A stretch of 23,232 bases of DNA from an uncultured virus (IMG/VR IMGVR_UViG_3300032053_018320) (IMGVR_UViG_3300032053_018320); one strand, 5' to 3'; counted from the first letter of the stretch, positions 7,729 to 16,109 are shown. Translations and numbers: made by a program. Notes: a model not told the origin generated them from the letters alone.

Positions 7729-8061
7729 TTATAATCGTAAATCATTTGTCATTTGTATCATTTCATCACGAGACATATGCACACCGTCTATAACCATGGT
7801 GAAACGGTATTCTTCATTAATATCGAAATCTATCCCGTCATCCTTGACAGACACAACATCAATCGTGAATTTCTTTTTACCCTCGTTGATATTTTCCCAC
7901 ACATCTGAGTCTTGGTGATAATCAACAGCGAAATCATATTGTTCGTCGGGTGTTTCACCCATCACGGTATTTTTTATATATGCAAGGATTTTCGTTCGTT
8001 TTTGTGAATTTCCCATTGCCAGCGTTATTCGTTTAACAAGATCATCTGTTTCGCAACTCAT
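7729..8061 (-). CDS. Acidic hypothetical protein
   Basis: 110-aa ORF, TATA about 22 nt upstream, T-run after the stop. Confidence 0.72.
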   Translation of the reverse strand: MSCETDDLVKRITLAMGNSQKRTKILAYIKNTVMGETPDEQYDFAVDYHQDSDVWENINEGKKKFTIDVVSVKDDGIDFDINEEYRFTMVIDGVHMSRDEMIQMTNDLRL

Positions 8062-8082
8062 GATATATACTTGATCGTATTG

Positions 8083-8097
8083 TTATTAAAAGTTATC
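8083..8097 (-). promoter_or_regulatory. BRE/TATA promoter, leaderless
   Basis: Minus strand GATAAC-TTTTAATAA. Confidence 0.55.
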
Positions 8098-8241
8098 ATT
8101 TTATACTAACACGGAAATAAAATGATCAACAACAATATGGAAACTTCGAACTTGTCACATATTGGTTTTCCATTCTTATCTATAGCGTTCACGAGAATTA
8201 GAAAACAAAAACGAGATTATAAATATTTGTCTGAACGATTT

Positions 8242-9171
8242 TCATTCCATACCAAGAAAGTCCTTGACTTGTTTAACAACATCCAGCAAGTAACTAGCCA
8301 ATTCGTTGGCAGTCCGTTTACTACCCGGAAATTTAAGATACCACGACGATACTTCAACTTGTGCGTTGACTATGGCGAGTATGATCTCCTTGAATCCGTC
8401 TGGTAATGGAGATATTTGTTCGACCTGTCTCGTGAACTCTTCGTTACGCGAAAGATAACCAGTTAGTATTTTCTTCGTCTCTGGGTCGTTCAGCGATTCT
8501 TTCATCTCATTATACATCCAGATCGGCATATCGCTTAGGTAATTAGCGTCATCCGTTATTTTATTGATCTTTTCACGAATGTATGAACGATCGATCCACA
8601 TCGGATCACCGAATTTCGTTAGTTCACGAATGATGTCACCTAATGCCTCATTAGTATGATGTGACGGTGTGTCAAAATCCTTATGTTCAACCATTTCGTT
8701 TTGTAATTTATGCACTGTCTTTAGTGCAACACTTTCAGTCTCTTCTTTCGTCGAGCATTCGTTTGTATTTGTCACGTTAACCACTTTCATGATATCGATC
8801 ATTTTCTGTAATTGTTCACTAGTAGCGTTATCCAATTGATTCTTTGCCGTTTCGTATAATTCGTGTTCCCTCGCTTCATCAACTATCGATGGATCACCCC
8901 ATCTTGGTAGCCGTAGCAAGACTTCTCGGTTGTATTTACGTTTACCAGTCGCTGGATCGTTTTCAACACCGACGATATTCCACACTCGTATCAGCAATTC
9001 CTTATCGACTAACTCTTGGATCGATGCGTCGATTTCTTCTCGTGTAAATCCTCGTTTATACAATTCACGATAAAACCATTTTTGACGAGCGCCCTTTTGA
9101 TTTTTATACCGTTTGACATCCTTATCGTTGATTGATACGATATGCAAGATGAATTCTTGGATGTCATTCAC
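8242..9171 (-). CDS. Hypothetical protein with N-terminal winged-helix-like domain and helical C-terminus
   Basis: 309 aa; RGFTREEIDASIQELVDKELL; GGTGAT RBS. Confidence 0.75.
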   Translation of the reverse strand: MNDIQEFILHIVSINDKDVKRYKNQKGARQKWFYRELYKRGFTREEIDASIQELVDKELLIRVWNIVGVENDPATGKRKYNREVLLRLPRWGDPSIVDEAREHELYETAKNQLDNATSEQLQKMIDIMKVVNVTNTNECSTKEETESVALKTVHKLQNEMVEHKDFDTPSHHTNEALGDIIRELTKFGDPMWIDRSYIREKINKITDDANYLSDMPIWMYNEMKESLNDPETKKILTGYLSRNEEFTRQVEQISPLPDGFKEIILAIVNAQVEVSSWYLKFPGSKRTANELASYLLDVVKQVKDFLGME

Positions 9172-9211
9172 GATACATCACCAATAATGGATAAAAGAAG
9201 TGAAACGGTAG

Positions 9212-9523
9212 TCATTCACATCGGTTTGGATCGAACCAGACTCTGAAAACAACAACGACGTTGGTCATATCAGTTTTCGCATTCTCTGCCGATGAAATGT
9301 CGAAATAAATTTTATCACCATATCGATTCTTGAGTTTGGCTAACCAGAGAACATCGAAATCCGATATGGATATTTCGTTGATCGACATCGAGATATGCGG
9401 ATCATCGAATGTTGGATGATCGTAGACGACCATTTGTGAGACTGGCAGTTCGTGATCATCCAACGTTAGTTTAATGGAATGGATGATGGTCTTTGCTTCA
9501 TCAAGTCCTATCGTTGACTTCAT
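9212..9523 (-). CDS. Small alpha/beta hypothetical protein
   Basis: ATG 9523 follows the upstream stop at 9529. Confidence 0.68.
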   Translation of the reverse strand: MKSTIGLDEAKTIIHSIKLTLDDHELPVSQMVVYDHPTFDDPHISMSINEISISDFDVLWLAKLKNRYGDKIYFDISSAENAKTDMTNVVVVFRVWFDPNRCE

Positions 9524-9528
9524 GAAAT

Positions 9529-9840
9529 TTACGCCTTGTTCCGTTTTTTCTGCACGACGTAGGTTGCCCAAATGAACAAAACAACGATTCCCGCTAAAAA
9601 CATACCCGTGAGAATTGCTACACTGCCTTGCGCTGGGTTGATCGGTTCAAAACCAACGATCTGGGTTGGCGGTGCAATCATGAGCCAAAAACCGATGATG
9701 GCGAGAATCACGAGAGCAACGATGCCGAGCAACTTTTTTCTGTTGTTCTTACTCGCCAATAGCGCCGGTTCTATTTCGCCCTTACCACCAGTCTTGGATA
9801 CATTCTTACAAGGTTTGTTCGTGCAATCCTTCTTCGACAT
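9529..9840 (-). CDS. Small 2-TM membrane protein with basic termini
   Basis: LLGIVALVILAIIGFWLMI and VAILTGMFLAGIVVLFIWATYVV; KKRNK tail. Confidence 0.75.
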   Translation of the reverse strand: MSKKDCTNKPCKNVSKTGGKGEIEPALLASKNNRKKLLGIVALVILAIIGFWLMIAPPTQIVGFEPINPAQGSVAILTGMFLAGIVVLFIWATYVVQKKRNKA

Positions 9841-9862
9841 AGAGAAGGTATCTTCAACGGCT

Positions 9863-9878
9863 TATTTAAAAATTTTGT
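9863..9878 (-). promoter_or_regulatory. BRE/TATA promoter preceded by oligo-T terminator of the upstream gene
   Basis: Minus strand ACAAAATT-TTTAAATA about 22 nt before ATG 9840. Confidence 0.6.
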
Positions 9879-9892
9879 TAAAAAATAACGAA

Positions 9893-10564
9893 TTAATATG
9901 AGTGATTTCGCTCGATCTTGGTCGTGCCGTTTGGCATCGCATATTCGTATAAATTATCGACATCGCACTCATCGACTGAGCCATCACACTCCTCGCTCCA
10001 CGACCGAAGGATGACTGGCTTACCCGTTGATATGGATTCAGCAAACGCCTGCGCTCGCTTGTCGAGTCTGGCGATCTTAGTTTGATATTCAGTCTCGAAT
10101 CGCTTATTGATGCCGGGGCGAGCGAAGTCGTCGGCTGCTTTCACCGTGAAACTTCCGCCGTTGGCGATCGTGATACCCGGGACGAGAGTTTCTGACGCCG
10201 CGTCACGTTCAAAATGCATACCCCATCCACTCACATAATGGCAGAGCCCGAGTTTTTCAAGCCACTCGATCGCGGGCTTTGATCCGCTCGGCATCCAGCC
10301 GCTAAGATATTCTCCATCGCTCCAGAACAAGCGAACTTGCTCGTTTTCAAGACCTGTTGGAATGGGCTCAAGAACCTTCTGTATTGGTACGATTGGAGTC
10401 GAAACGGAACACGATTTGCTGATCTTGACAATATTCTCTTTACAAGTCACGTGACAAGCGCCTGTTTCTTTTGTCCAATCGATATCATCGCCGACATTAA
10501 TGCGACCACCACACCGACGGCAAACACCTGCATACTTTGCTTTCATTTGTGCCATTTTTATCAT
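9893..10564 (-). CDS. Phage-type protein with N-terminal CxxC-HxxC Zn finger and C-terminal EEC...ECDVD...YAMP.G domain
   Basis: AKYAGVCRRCGGRINVGDDI...HVTC; GC clearly higher than flanks. Confidence 0.8.
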   Translation of the reverse strand: MIKMAQMKAKYAGVCRRCGGRINVGDDIDWTKETGACHVTCKENIVKISKSCSVSTPIVPIQKVLEPIPTGLENEQVRLFWSDGEYLSGWMPSGSKPAIEWLEKLGLCHYVSGWGMHFERDAASETLVPGITIANGGSFTVKAADDFARPGINKRFETEYQTKIARLDKRAQAFAESISTGKPVILRSWSEECDGSVDECDVDNLYEYAMPNGTTKIERNHSY

Positions 10565-10626
10565 TTCACATCGTTTAATGTTGATTTAGTCACGATCTTG
10601 ATCTCCGATCACGATAAATAAGAATA

Positions 10627-10890
10627 TTATGTCGACCGACAAACATCGTGATGCACATTCTTTCGTTTTCTCCAATAAATCCACACACCACGACCAGGAC
10701 CTACCGACTTACCGTTGATCAATCCTTCATCAACTAATGCAATTAGCCTATTTCGTATCTTGATTGGTGAAACGTTTTGAAATGATCCCAATTCTGATAA
10801 TTTTGCTTGAACTTCGACTGTCGTTACTGGTTCAATGCCATTCAGTCTGGACACAATATCGAAGATTGCGTGGTATAATATATCCTTCAA
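10627..10890 (-). CDS. Winged helix-turn-helix DNA-binding protein (paralog B)
   Basis: PVTTVEV...KIRNRLIALVDEGLI..K.VG..GVWIYW. Confidence 0.75.
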   Translation of the reverse strand: MKDILYHAIFDIVSRLNGIEPVTTVEVQAKLSELGSFQNVSPIKIRNRLIALVDEGLINGKSVGPGRGVWIYWRKRKNVHHDVCRST

Positions 10891-10897
10891 GAATCAT

Positions 10898-11167
10898 TCA
10901 CTCAGGTTTCTTTCGTCGTGTTTGTTTTTTCCAATAAATCCAAACACTATTACCAACATTTTGTTCGTTAATTTTGCCTTCACTCAATAATAGATTGAGT
11001 CTATATTTCACCTTGGCGATCGTTACACAACTCATTTTATACTCGTTTTTCAATTGTTTAACGATGTCAGAAACAGCCATTGGGTGTTTACCGTGTGATC
11101 TTGAAAAAATATCGATGATAGCGTCGTATACCTTGTCTTTAACCGACTGTCTCGACATACGGTTCAC
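10898..11167 (-). CDS. Winged helix-turn-helix DNA-binding protein (paralog A)
   Basis: PMAVSDI...KVKYRLNLLLSEGKI....VG.SVWIYW. Confidence 0.75.
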   Translation of the reverse strand: MNRMSRQSVKDKVYDAIIDIFSRSHGKHPMAVSDIVKQLKNEYKMSCVTIAKVKYRLNLLLSEGKINEQNVGNSVWIYWKKQTRRKKPE

Positions 11168-11328
11168 AGTTTAGCCATTGTCGATGGTTTCTTTACTTTC
11201 TTTGAAAAATCTATGAATTTCTGTGCAAACCATGAATATGTTGCATATAATTCATCGAATTCTGTGCTACCGTCATCCATGACTTTTAATTCTTCTCGGA
11301 TTCGTTGAACATCCTTTTCGGTCAGCAT
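11164..11328 (-). CDS. 54-aa helical protein, not in ORF track
   Basis: MLTEKDVQRIREELKVMDDGSTEFDELYATYSWFAQKFIDFSKKVKKPSTMAKL; GTGA overlap with the wHTH gene; TATA upstream. Confidence 0.6.
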   Translation of the reverse strand: MLTEKDVQRIREELKVMDDGSTEFDELYATYSWFAQKFIDFSKKVKKPSTMAKL

Positions 11329-11371
11329 ATTCTCGTGAGAATATTATTGAACAAATTATTAAAATGTTTCC
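11327..11371 (-). promoter_or_regulatory. BRE/TATA promoter with palindromic operator
   Basis: Minus strand GGAAACA-TTTTAATAA; perfect inverted repeat ATATTCTC-GT-GAGAATAT at 11327-11344. Confidence 0.6.
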
Positions 11372-11450
11372 ATCGTGGATACCTTGAAATAATCGTCCAT
11401 CGATTCATCCTATAACAATCGATATGTCGTTAATGATGAAGTGATAATTC

Positions 11451-11864
11451 GTGAATAAAACGTTTGACTATAAAGGAAAGAAATTCTCGGTTAAACTGGT
11501 CGAAACCAAGAATAAATTTGATTGCGATATAGGTTTGTTGGATAAGAACGGAAAGACACTGAGTCCAGTCGCTGAAATCTCGATGGAGCACGATATACAA
11601 AAATTGGACAAACAAATGAAACGAGCCTACCTCGCTGCCTGTGCTATGTCTGGTCGAGAAAAAACTGACTGCAACGACATAGTGAAAACCAGGTCGCAAC
11701 TCAACACGACTGGTCACGTTCTCATAAATGAAGCGAAAAACGTTTCCTTGGTCATTGAGTTATTTAACAAAGTGATCGCTCCAACCTTGAAGGGCAGTTG
11801 GGAAATCTCCGACAACATGGTTGGAATAAACATTTCTCAACAGGAAACCATCGAAAAAATATAA
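11451..11864 (+). CDS. Hypothetical protein, divergent from the wHTH operon
   Basis: 137 aa, GTG start after AAGTGA, T-rich tract after the stop. Confidence 0.7.
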   Translation: MNKTFDYKGKKFSVKLVETKNKFDCDIGLLDKNGKTLSPVAEISMEHDIQKLDKQMKRAYLAACAMSGREKTDCNDIVKTRSQLNTTGHVLINEAKNVSLVIELFNKVIAPTLKGSWEISDNMVGINISQQETIEKI

Positions 11865-11890
11865 AAATCAATATTTTTAAAACTTTTTTC

Positions 11891-12163
11891 TTATCGTCGA
11901 CAACTAGTCGCCTTCTCGAAGAGACGCTTGAACTTCGAGATGTCACTAATGTGACTGCGAACGTCCTCGACGAAATCTTCATAACGAGTCGTTGGTTGAT
12001 AGTCTGAATAACTGCCACCAAAGTCTTCTGGTGTATAGTATTCAATCACGAAGTCGTTTAAAAAGTCATCGAATTCCTTGACTGCACGGCTCTCCTTGAG
12101 TTCTGTTTTGAAGTCAGCCAGCATTCTACTTTCCATTTTACCGGATACTTTCATGTTCATCAT
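11891..12163 (-). CDS. Hypothetical protein
   Basis: 90-aa ORF; TATA-like TTAAATA at 12209-12215. Confidence 0.68.
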   Translation of the reverse strand: MMNMKVSGKMESRMLADFKTELKESRAVKEFDDFLNDFVIEYYTPEDFGGSYSDYQPTTRYEDFVEDVRSHISDISKFKRLFEKATSCRR

Positions 12164-12287
12164 CGCTTGGTTCTTGAATTAAAGATGATACACGATATGA
12201 TCCCGGCATATTTAAGAAATTGGTAGAAAAATTAGGATAGAAGTATAGCATCTATTTTATTGAATCACTCTTCAAACAGTTCGTGTA

Positions 12288-12422
12288 TCAACGATATCCT
12301 TTCGTAATGGTTGCGAATGAAACATCAGTTGAAAAACACTTAACGTGCAACACGTTACCATTTCCACACGGTATATACTTGAATCCTACTCGTTTACCAC
12401 AATGGAGACAATATTTTACCAT
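12288..12422 (-). CDS. 44-aa Zn-finger protein (CxxC-x17-HxxCF), not in ORF track
   Basis: MVKYCLHCGKRVGFKYIPCGNGNVLHVKCFSTDVSFATITKGYR; overlaps the upstream stop by 7 nt. Confidence 0.6.
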   Translation of the reverse strand: MVKYCLHCGKRVGFKYIPCGNGNVLHVKCFSTDVSFATITKGYR

Positions 12423-12661
12423 GCAAACAGACCGTGTTTGTTATTTGTTCGTCGGATAGCATCGATCATAATCACTACGAATGGTGATGATGATCCAATG
12501 AGAAATACCCACGTCATTTGAGTCGCATACATCAACCACGGTATGATTGGTGAAAACAATAAATATATCGATAATAAAATACCACACCACGCCATAGCAA
12601 CCCAGCATCCTTCCAATGACAAAATGGCTGCCTTCTCACCGATTGTATATGTTTTCATCAT
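12416..12661 (-). CDS. Small 2-TM membrane protein
   Basis: Two hydrophobic segments; GGTGA RBS; ATGA overlap. Confidence 0.68.
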   Translation of the reverse strand: MMKTYTIGEKAAILSLEGCWVAMAWCGILLSIYLLFSPIIPWLMYATQMTWVFLIGSSSPFVVIMIDAIRRTNNKHGLFAW

Positions 12662-12942
12662 TCACCATCTTCGTCTTCTTCGTCTTCAAGGTCGTTATGA
12701 CGTCCCATATCTTCAGTCGCCATCGTTATTTCATCAGTCGTCAACTTACCAACGATCTTGATCACCCAAAATACTGTCTGATCATCAAGTCCAACGTAAT
12801 AATCAGAGATCACACTGGCTCTAACCAACGATGCAAGTATTGCTTCTTCACTTCCGACGGGTTCATCGCCAGTGCTGTAGTTTTCATCATAGATGATTCC
12901 TTTGTTCTTTAAGTAACAAGCCAATTGTTTTTTTGATGACAT
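12658..12942 (-). CDS. Hypothetical protein with acidic tail
   Basis: 94 aa; TATA-like TTTAAATT at 12973-12980. Confidence 0.7.
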   Translation of the reverse strand: MSSKKQLACYLKNKGIIYDENYSTGDEPVGSEEAILASLVRASVISDYYVGLDDQTVFWVIKIVGKLTTDEITMATEDMGRHNDLEDEEDEDGE

Positions 12943-13000
12943 ATCATATCACTACAGATCACGAATGAAGAAAATTTAAATGTAATGTTAAACTGATGAT

Positions 13001-13843
13001 TTAACTTCCTTCTTCATCGACATCGTCGTTAGTATCTTCGTCGTTTTCGGCTTTCGTCGGTGTCTTCTTTGTTTTATTGAGCGTTATCTTGACCGGCGAA
13101 ACAGCAAATCGTTCATCCAACTTTTTCTGTTCATCTTCATCAAGTGCATCAGTATTAGTTGAATTATCTGACTCTTCGTTAGTCTCGATATGTTCAATCT
13201 TAGGAACGATGATTTGGTGAACTGATGATGGCTCTGGAATTTCGTCATCGTCTGTTTTCTTTTCCGGTATTTCATCACCAATTTGTTGTTCAACGACATA
13301 TTCTTCTTCGTGAATGGTAGTCTGGGTCGCTACTTGCTGATGAATTGGTATTTCTTGTTCGATCGCTGCCAACGGATTTGCCAATTTAACCAAATCGGCG
13401 ACGGATGGTTGTTTCATGATCGATGGCATATCCAAGACACGCCGTTTTGCTGGTTTTGATAATATCGATAACGATTTCTGTTGTTCGACCTTCTCTTGGA
13501 TGATCGGTGGTAGTTGTTTTGTCAGTGTTTCGAGTAACTCTTTGACCTGCTTCAAGAGCGTCGTATGTTCTTGTTCAGCAATTATCTTCGCCACATCACC
13601 TTCCTTCGGCTTAGTGTATGATGGTATAACACCTGCTTTCTTGAGTATTCGTTCCTTGATCCAATCGCTGAAAAATACAATGGATAGTGCCGTGAAGAAT
13701 CCAAACGCACCATACACAATACCCGTCGATTTTGTTTCCATCGTGTTGTCGACTATCAAACCCCACACCAATAGGAACGCTGCGCAAGCAGTAAACACTT
13801 CTATGAATAACGGTGTTACTTTTATGGTTTTCAACATACACAT
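13001..13843 (-). CDS. Membrane-anchored protein: 2 TM, short coiled coil, long acidic disordered tail
   Basis: Hydrophobic N-terminal helices; E/D/T/P-rich C-terminal half. Confidence 0.8.
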   Translation of the reverse strand: MCMLKTIKVTPLFIEVFTACAAFLLVWGLIVDNTMETKSTGIVYGAFGFFTALSIVFFSDWIKERILKKAGVIPSYTKPKEGDVAKIIAEQEHTTLLKQVKELLETLTKQLPPIIQEKVEQQKSLSILSKPAKRRVLDMPSIMKQPSVADLVKLANPLAAIEQEIPIHQQVATQTTIHEEEYVVEQQIGDEIPEKKTDDDEIPEPSSVHQIIVPKIEHIETNEESDNSTNTDALDEDEQKKLDERFAVSPVKITLNKTKKTPTKAENDEDTNDDVDEEGS

Positions 13844-14095
13844 TCACTCCACATCAACAAATTCTATATCGTTAAGGATGTATCGATGATTTGCAATGAT
13901 CTCGATCGTTATTCGTTTCGTGCTACCATCTTTTGACGGTAAAATTTGCTTGTCGAAAACCTTGGAGTCATCTATCTTCACGATGATTCGTGGCTCGTCG
14001 TCCGGTGTTTGTTTTATATATCTATCGCTGATAATCTCGACTGTTTCATTCCTTGTCGTCGTGATATTCGCTTTTCTCACTACTTGTATGCTCAT
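13844..14095 (-). CDS. Small beta-rich hypothetical protein
   Basis: 83-aa ORF abutting the downstream gene. Confidence 0.65.
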   Translation of the reverse strand: MSIQVVRKANITTTRNETVEIISDRYIKQTPDDEPRIIVKIDDSKVFDKQILPSKDGSTKRITIEIIANHRYILNDIEFVDVE

Positions 14096-14342
14096 GATTA
14101 ACTATCCCGTATCCTTGATAATGTTTCAACAAAAGTAATTGTGTTTGCATTAACGATTGATATATTTCCTTTATAATTTCATTGGCTTCTGCTGGTTTCA
14201 TCGTTATTATTGCATCGATGATTAGACATAACCCTTCGGACATTTCATCGAGTAAGTCGTTCTTGACGTCTGGATGTTTCCATATCATACGTTGCTTGAA
14301 TCCTTCCTTGAAGTTTGGTTTCAATCGATGTTCGATACTCAT
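14046..14342 (-). CDS. Helical hypothetical protein
   Basis: 98-aa ORF in chain. Confidence 0.62.
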   Translation of the reverse strand: MSIEHRLKPNFKEGFKQRMIWKHPDVKNDLLDEMSEGLCLIIDAIITMKPAEANEIIKEIYQSLMQTQLLLLKHYQGYGIVNHEHTSSEKSEYHDDKE

Positions 14343-14345
14343 GGG

Positions 14346-14438
14346 TCATTCACTTGGTTCATCATCACTTTCGTAGCATAGGTCAAATAAATTGTCCAGT
14401 TTCCGATTCGTTGTTTCTGGATGCAACGCTAATATCAC
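14346..14438 (-). CDS. Possible 30-aa micro-ORF
   Basis: GTG start overlapping (GTGA) a 17-aa ORF; fills the gap in the coupled chain. Confidence 0.3.
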   Translation of the reverse strand: MILALHPETTNRKLDNLFDLCYESDDEPSE

Positions 14439-14474
14439 TGCCTTGAACGTTTCACTCGCCTTCGTTTTCTTCGC

Positions 14475-14729
14475 TCATGACTGCTCATCGGTAGTTGTTG
14501 CTTCTTTACCAAAATAATGTTCTCGGCACGTTTTGCACATTTCAACGAGCGCCGGATACATCGATGTCGGCGTCTTGATCAGCGAATGGTCACCAACCTT
14601 GAACCACCAAAAACTTTGACAGGTCGGACACCATCGTTGAATTATTGGATTAGGATCGTTCGATCCATCGATTTTTAGACTATTTAGATATTCCAAATCC
14701 AACAAGAATTCATCTTCTTTGTTTTCCAT
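14475..14729 (-). CDS. C4 Zn-finger protein
   Basis: WCPTC...CKTC. Confidence 0.7.
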   Translation of the reverse strand: MENKEDEFLLDLEYLNSLKIDGSNDPNPIIQRWCPTCQSFWWFKVGDHSLIKTPTSMYPALVEMCKTCREHYFGKEATTTDEQS

Positions 14730-14731
14730 GA

Positions 14732-15109
14732 TTATTTACCTATTTTATGTGATTGTCGTCGCATCCAAATCGTGATGTATAAGTTCACGATGATGTTAGC
14801 GATCGAAACGTCTATCGATATATTTGCCAAAAGATCGTTAGAAAATATGAATATCGTTGTCACGATGAAGATGATCATCGTGACGAATATCGAAATCTTG
14901 GAACATCGTATATATCGTTCGTGAAATTTTCGACGCAGTTCACTTTTCTCTTCTTGACCCATTGCATTAAACGCATCTTGTTCACGTTCAATCTTGTGTA
15001 ATTTCTTGGATAATTTATCTGAACGCTTGTTATCACCCTTCGCAAGCGCTTCACTGAACTGTTTTTCGAGTTTGTTTTGTCGTGGAGTGTTCATTGCTCG
15101 CATCCTCAT
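14732..15109 (-). CDS. Membrane protein: basic coiled coil + 2 C-terminal TM
   Basis: Hydrophobic C-terminal stretches; AAGGA RBS. Confidence 0.72.
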   Translation of the reverse strand: MRMRAMNTPRQNKLEKQFSEALAKGDNKRSDKLSKKLHKIEREQDAFNAMGQEEKSELRRKFHERYIRCSKISIFVTMIIFIVTTIFIFSNDLLANISIDVSIANIIVNLYITIWMRRQSHKIGK

Positions 15110-15122
15110 TTTCCTTCAGTAG

Positions 15123-15437
15123 TCATTCAATTTTATCATCCATGATTGGAAATACACGAAAATTTAACGAAATACATCGCTGTAATATATCGAGCATCTC
15201 CATCTCTGCTTGTTCATTCACATCACGGTTAGGACAGTCATCACAACTTGATACACCGTGATATGCTTGGCAATCTGCTGTTGAATTAACGTTAGATGGT
15301 TTTGACGCCAATATTTCATCTCGTTTCTTACTATAAGCAAGTATGAATGGCAGCAACTGTATGAAATGTTCGCCGTCGATGAATATGTTAAAATCGTTAT
15401 CGTTCAGCATAGTATCAATCATCATCGGAGAGATCAT
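15123..15437 (-). CDS. Hypothetical protein with Cys motif (C-x7-CDDC)
   Basis: Start moved to ATG 15437 to fit TATA TTTATAAA at 15458-15465. Confidence 0.62.
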   Translation of the reverse strand: MISPMMIDTMLNDNDFNIFIDGEHFIQLLPFILAYSKKRDEILASKPSNVNSTADCQAYHGVSSCDDCPNRDVNEQAEMEMLDILQRCISLNFRVFPIMDDKIE

Positions 15438-15473
15438 CTTTTTTAATATCGCCAAATTTTATAAATTTTTTGT

Positions 15474-15821
15474 CTACGAGCACGTGGAACCAGTTTCATC
15501 ATCCAGATTTTCTTTATCGTCGACTATGAACTTCTTTTCAACAAGATCGTGATCGAGCACTTCTGCAAGTATACCTGGTGATGGATAGGTTTGGTCTTTA
15601 GCGTGTCGTAACAAATCGAGATGAAGTTCGTAGACCAAATCGAGTAATTCCTTATGTCGTCGCTTGATCGTCTCAATCTTTTCGTCAATCACATCAATCA
15701 GTTTCATTCCCTCTATATATTCATATGTCGTCATCGATCGCTTGTAGTTCGCTGTGTCTGCGTTAACTCGACTGATGAACTGCTTTGCTTCCTTGACACA
15801 TTCATTCTTGGGTCGTGTCAT
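15474..15821 (-). CDS. Helical hypothetical protein
   Basis: 115-aa ORF in chain. Confidence 0.68.
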   Translation of the reverse strand: MTRPKNECVKEAKQFISRVNADTANYKRSMTTYEYIEGMKLIDVIDEKIETIKRRHKELLDLVYELHLDLLRHAKDQTYPSPGILAEVLDHDLVEKKFIVDDKENLDDETGSTCS

Positions 15822-15822
15822 C

Positions 15823-16101
15823 TCATTTAACCTCGATCAAGCCTTGACGGAGTAAATGATTCACGAACTCTTCGACAAACGGCATAACAATCGCTGCCTC
15901 ATTTGGGTTAACGACTACTTCACCATCAACCAAGGCAACTGAACGAATGAATGTCTGGGCAAATTCGTTGATTACACCAAGCAATCCCTCGAATTGTAAG
16001 ACTCCGGCGCATATAGATGGTCTTTGACATTTATGCGTATGCTTGTTATAGCAATGTGAACAGACTGCTTCTGCTGTGTATTCACTCATATATTCCACCA
16101 A
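15823..16101 (-). CDS. Cys-rich hypothetical protein
   Basis: CSHC...C...C near the N-terminus. Confidence 0.65.
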   Translation of the reverse strand: MVEYMSEYTAEAVCSHCYNKHTHKCQRPSICAGVLQFEGLLGVINEFAQTFIRSVALVDGEVVVNPNEAAIVMPFVEEFVNHLLRQGLIEVK

Positions 16102-16109
16102 TTAACATA

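Noticed and set aside
9529..9840. Holin call for the 2-TM protein
   Set aside because: Topology fits, but there is no adjacent lysin and no family-specific motif
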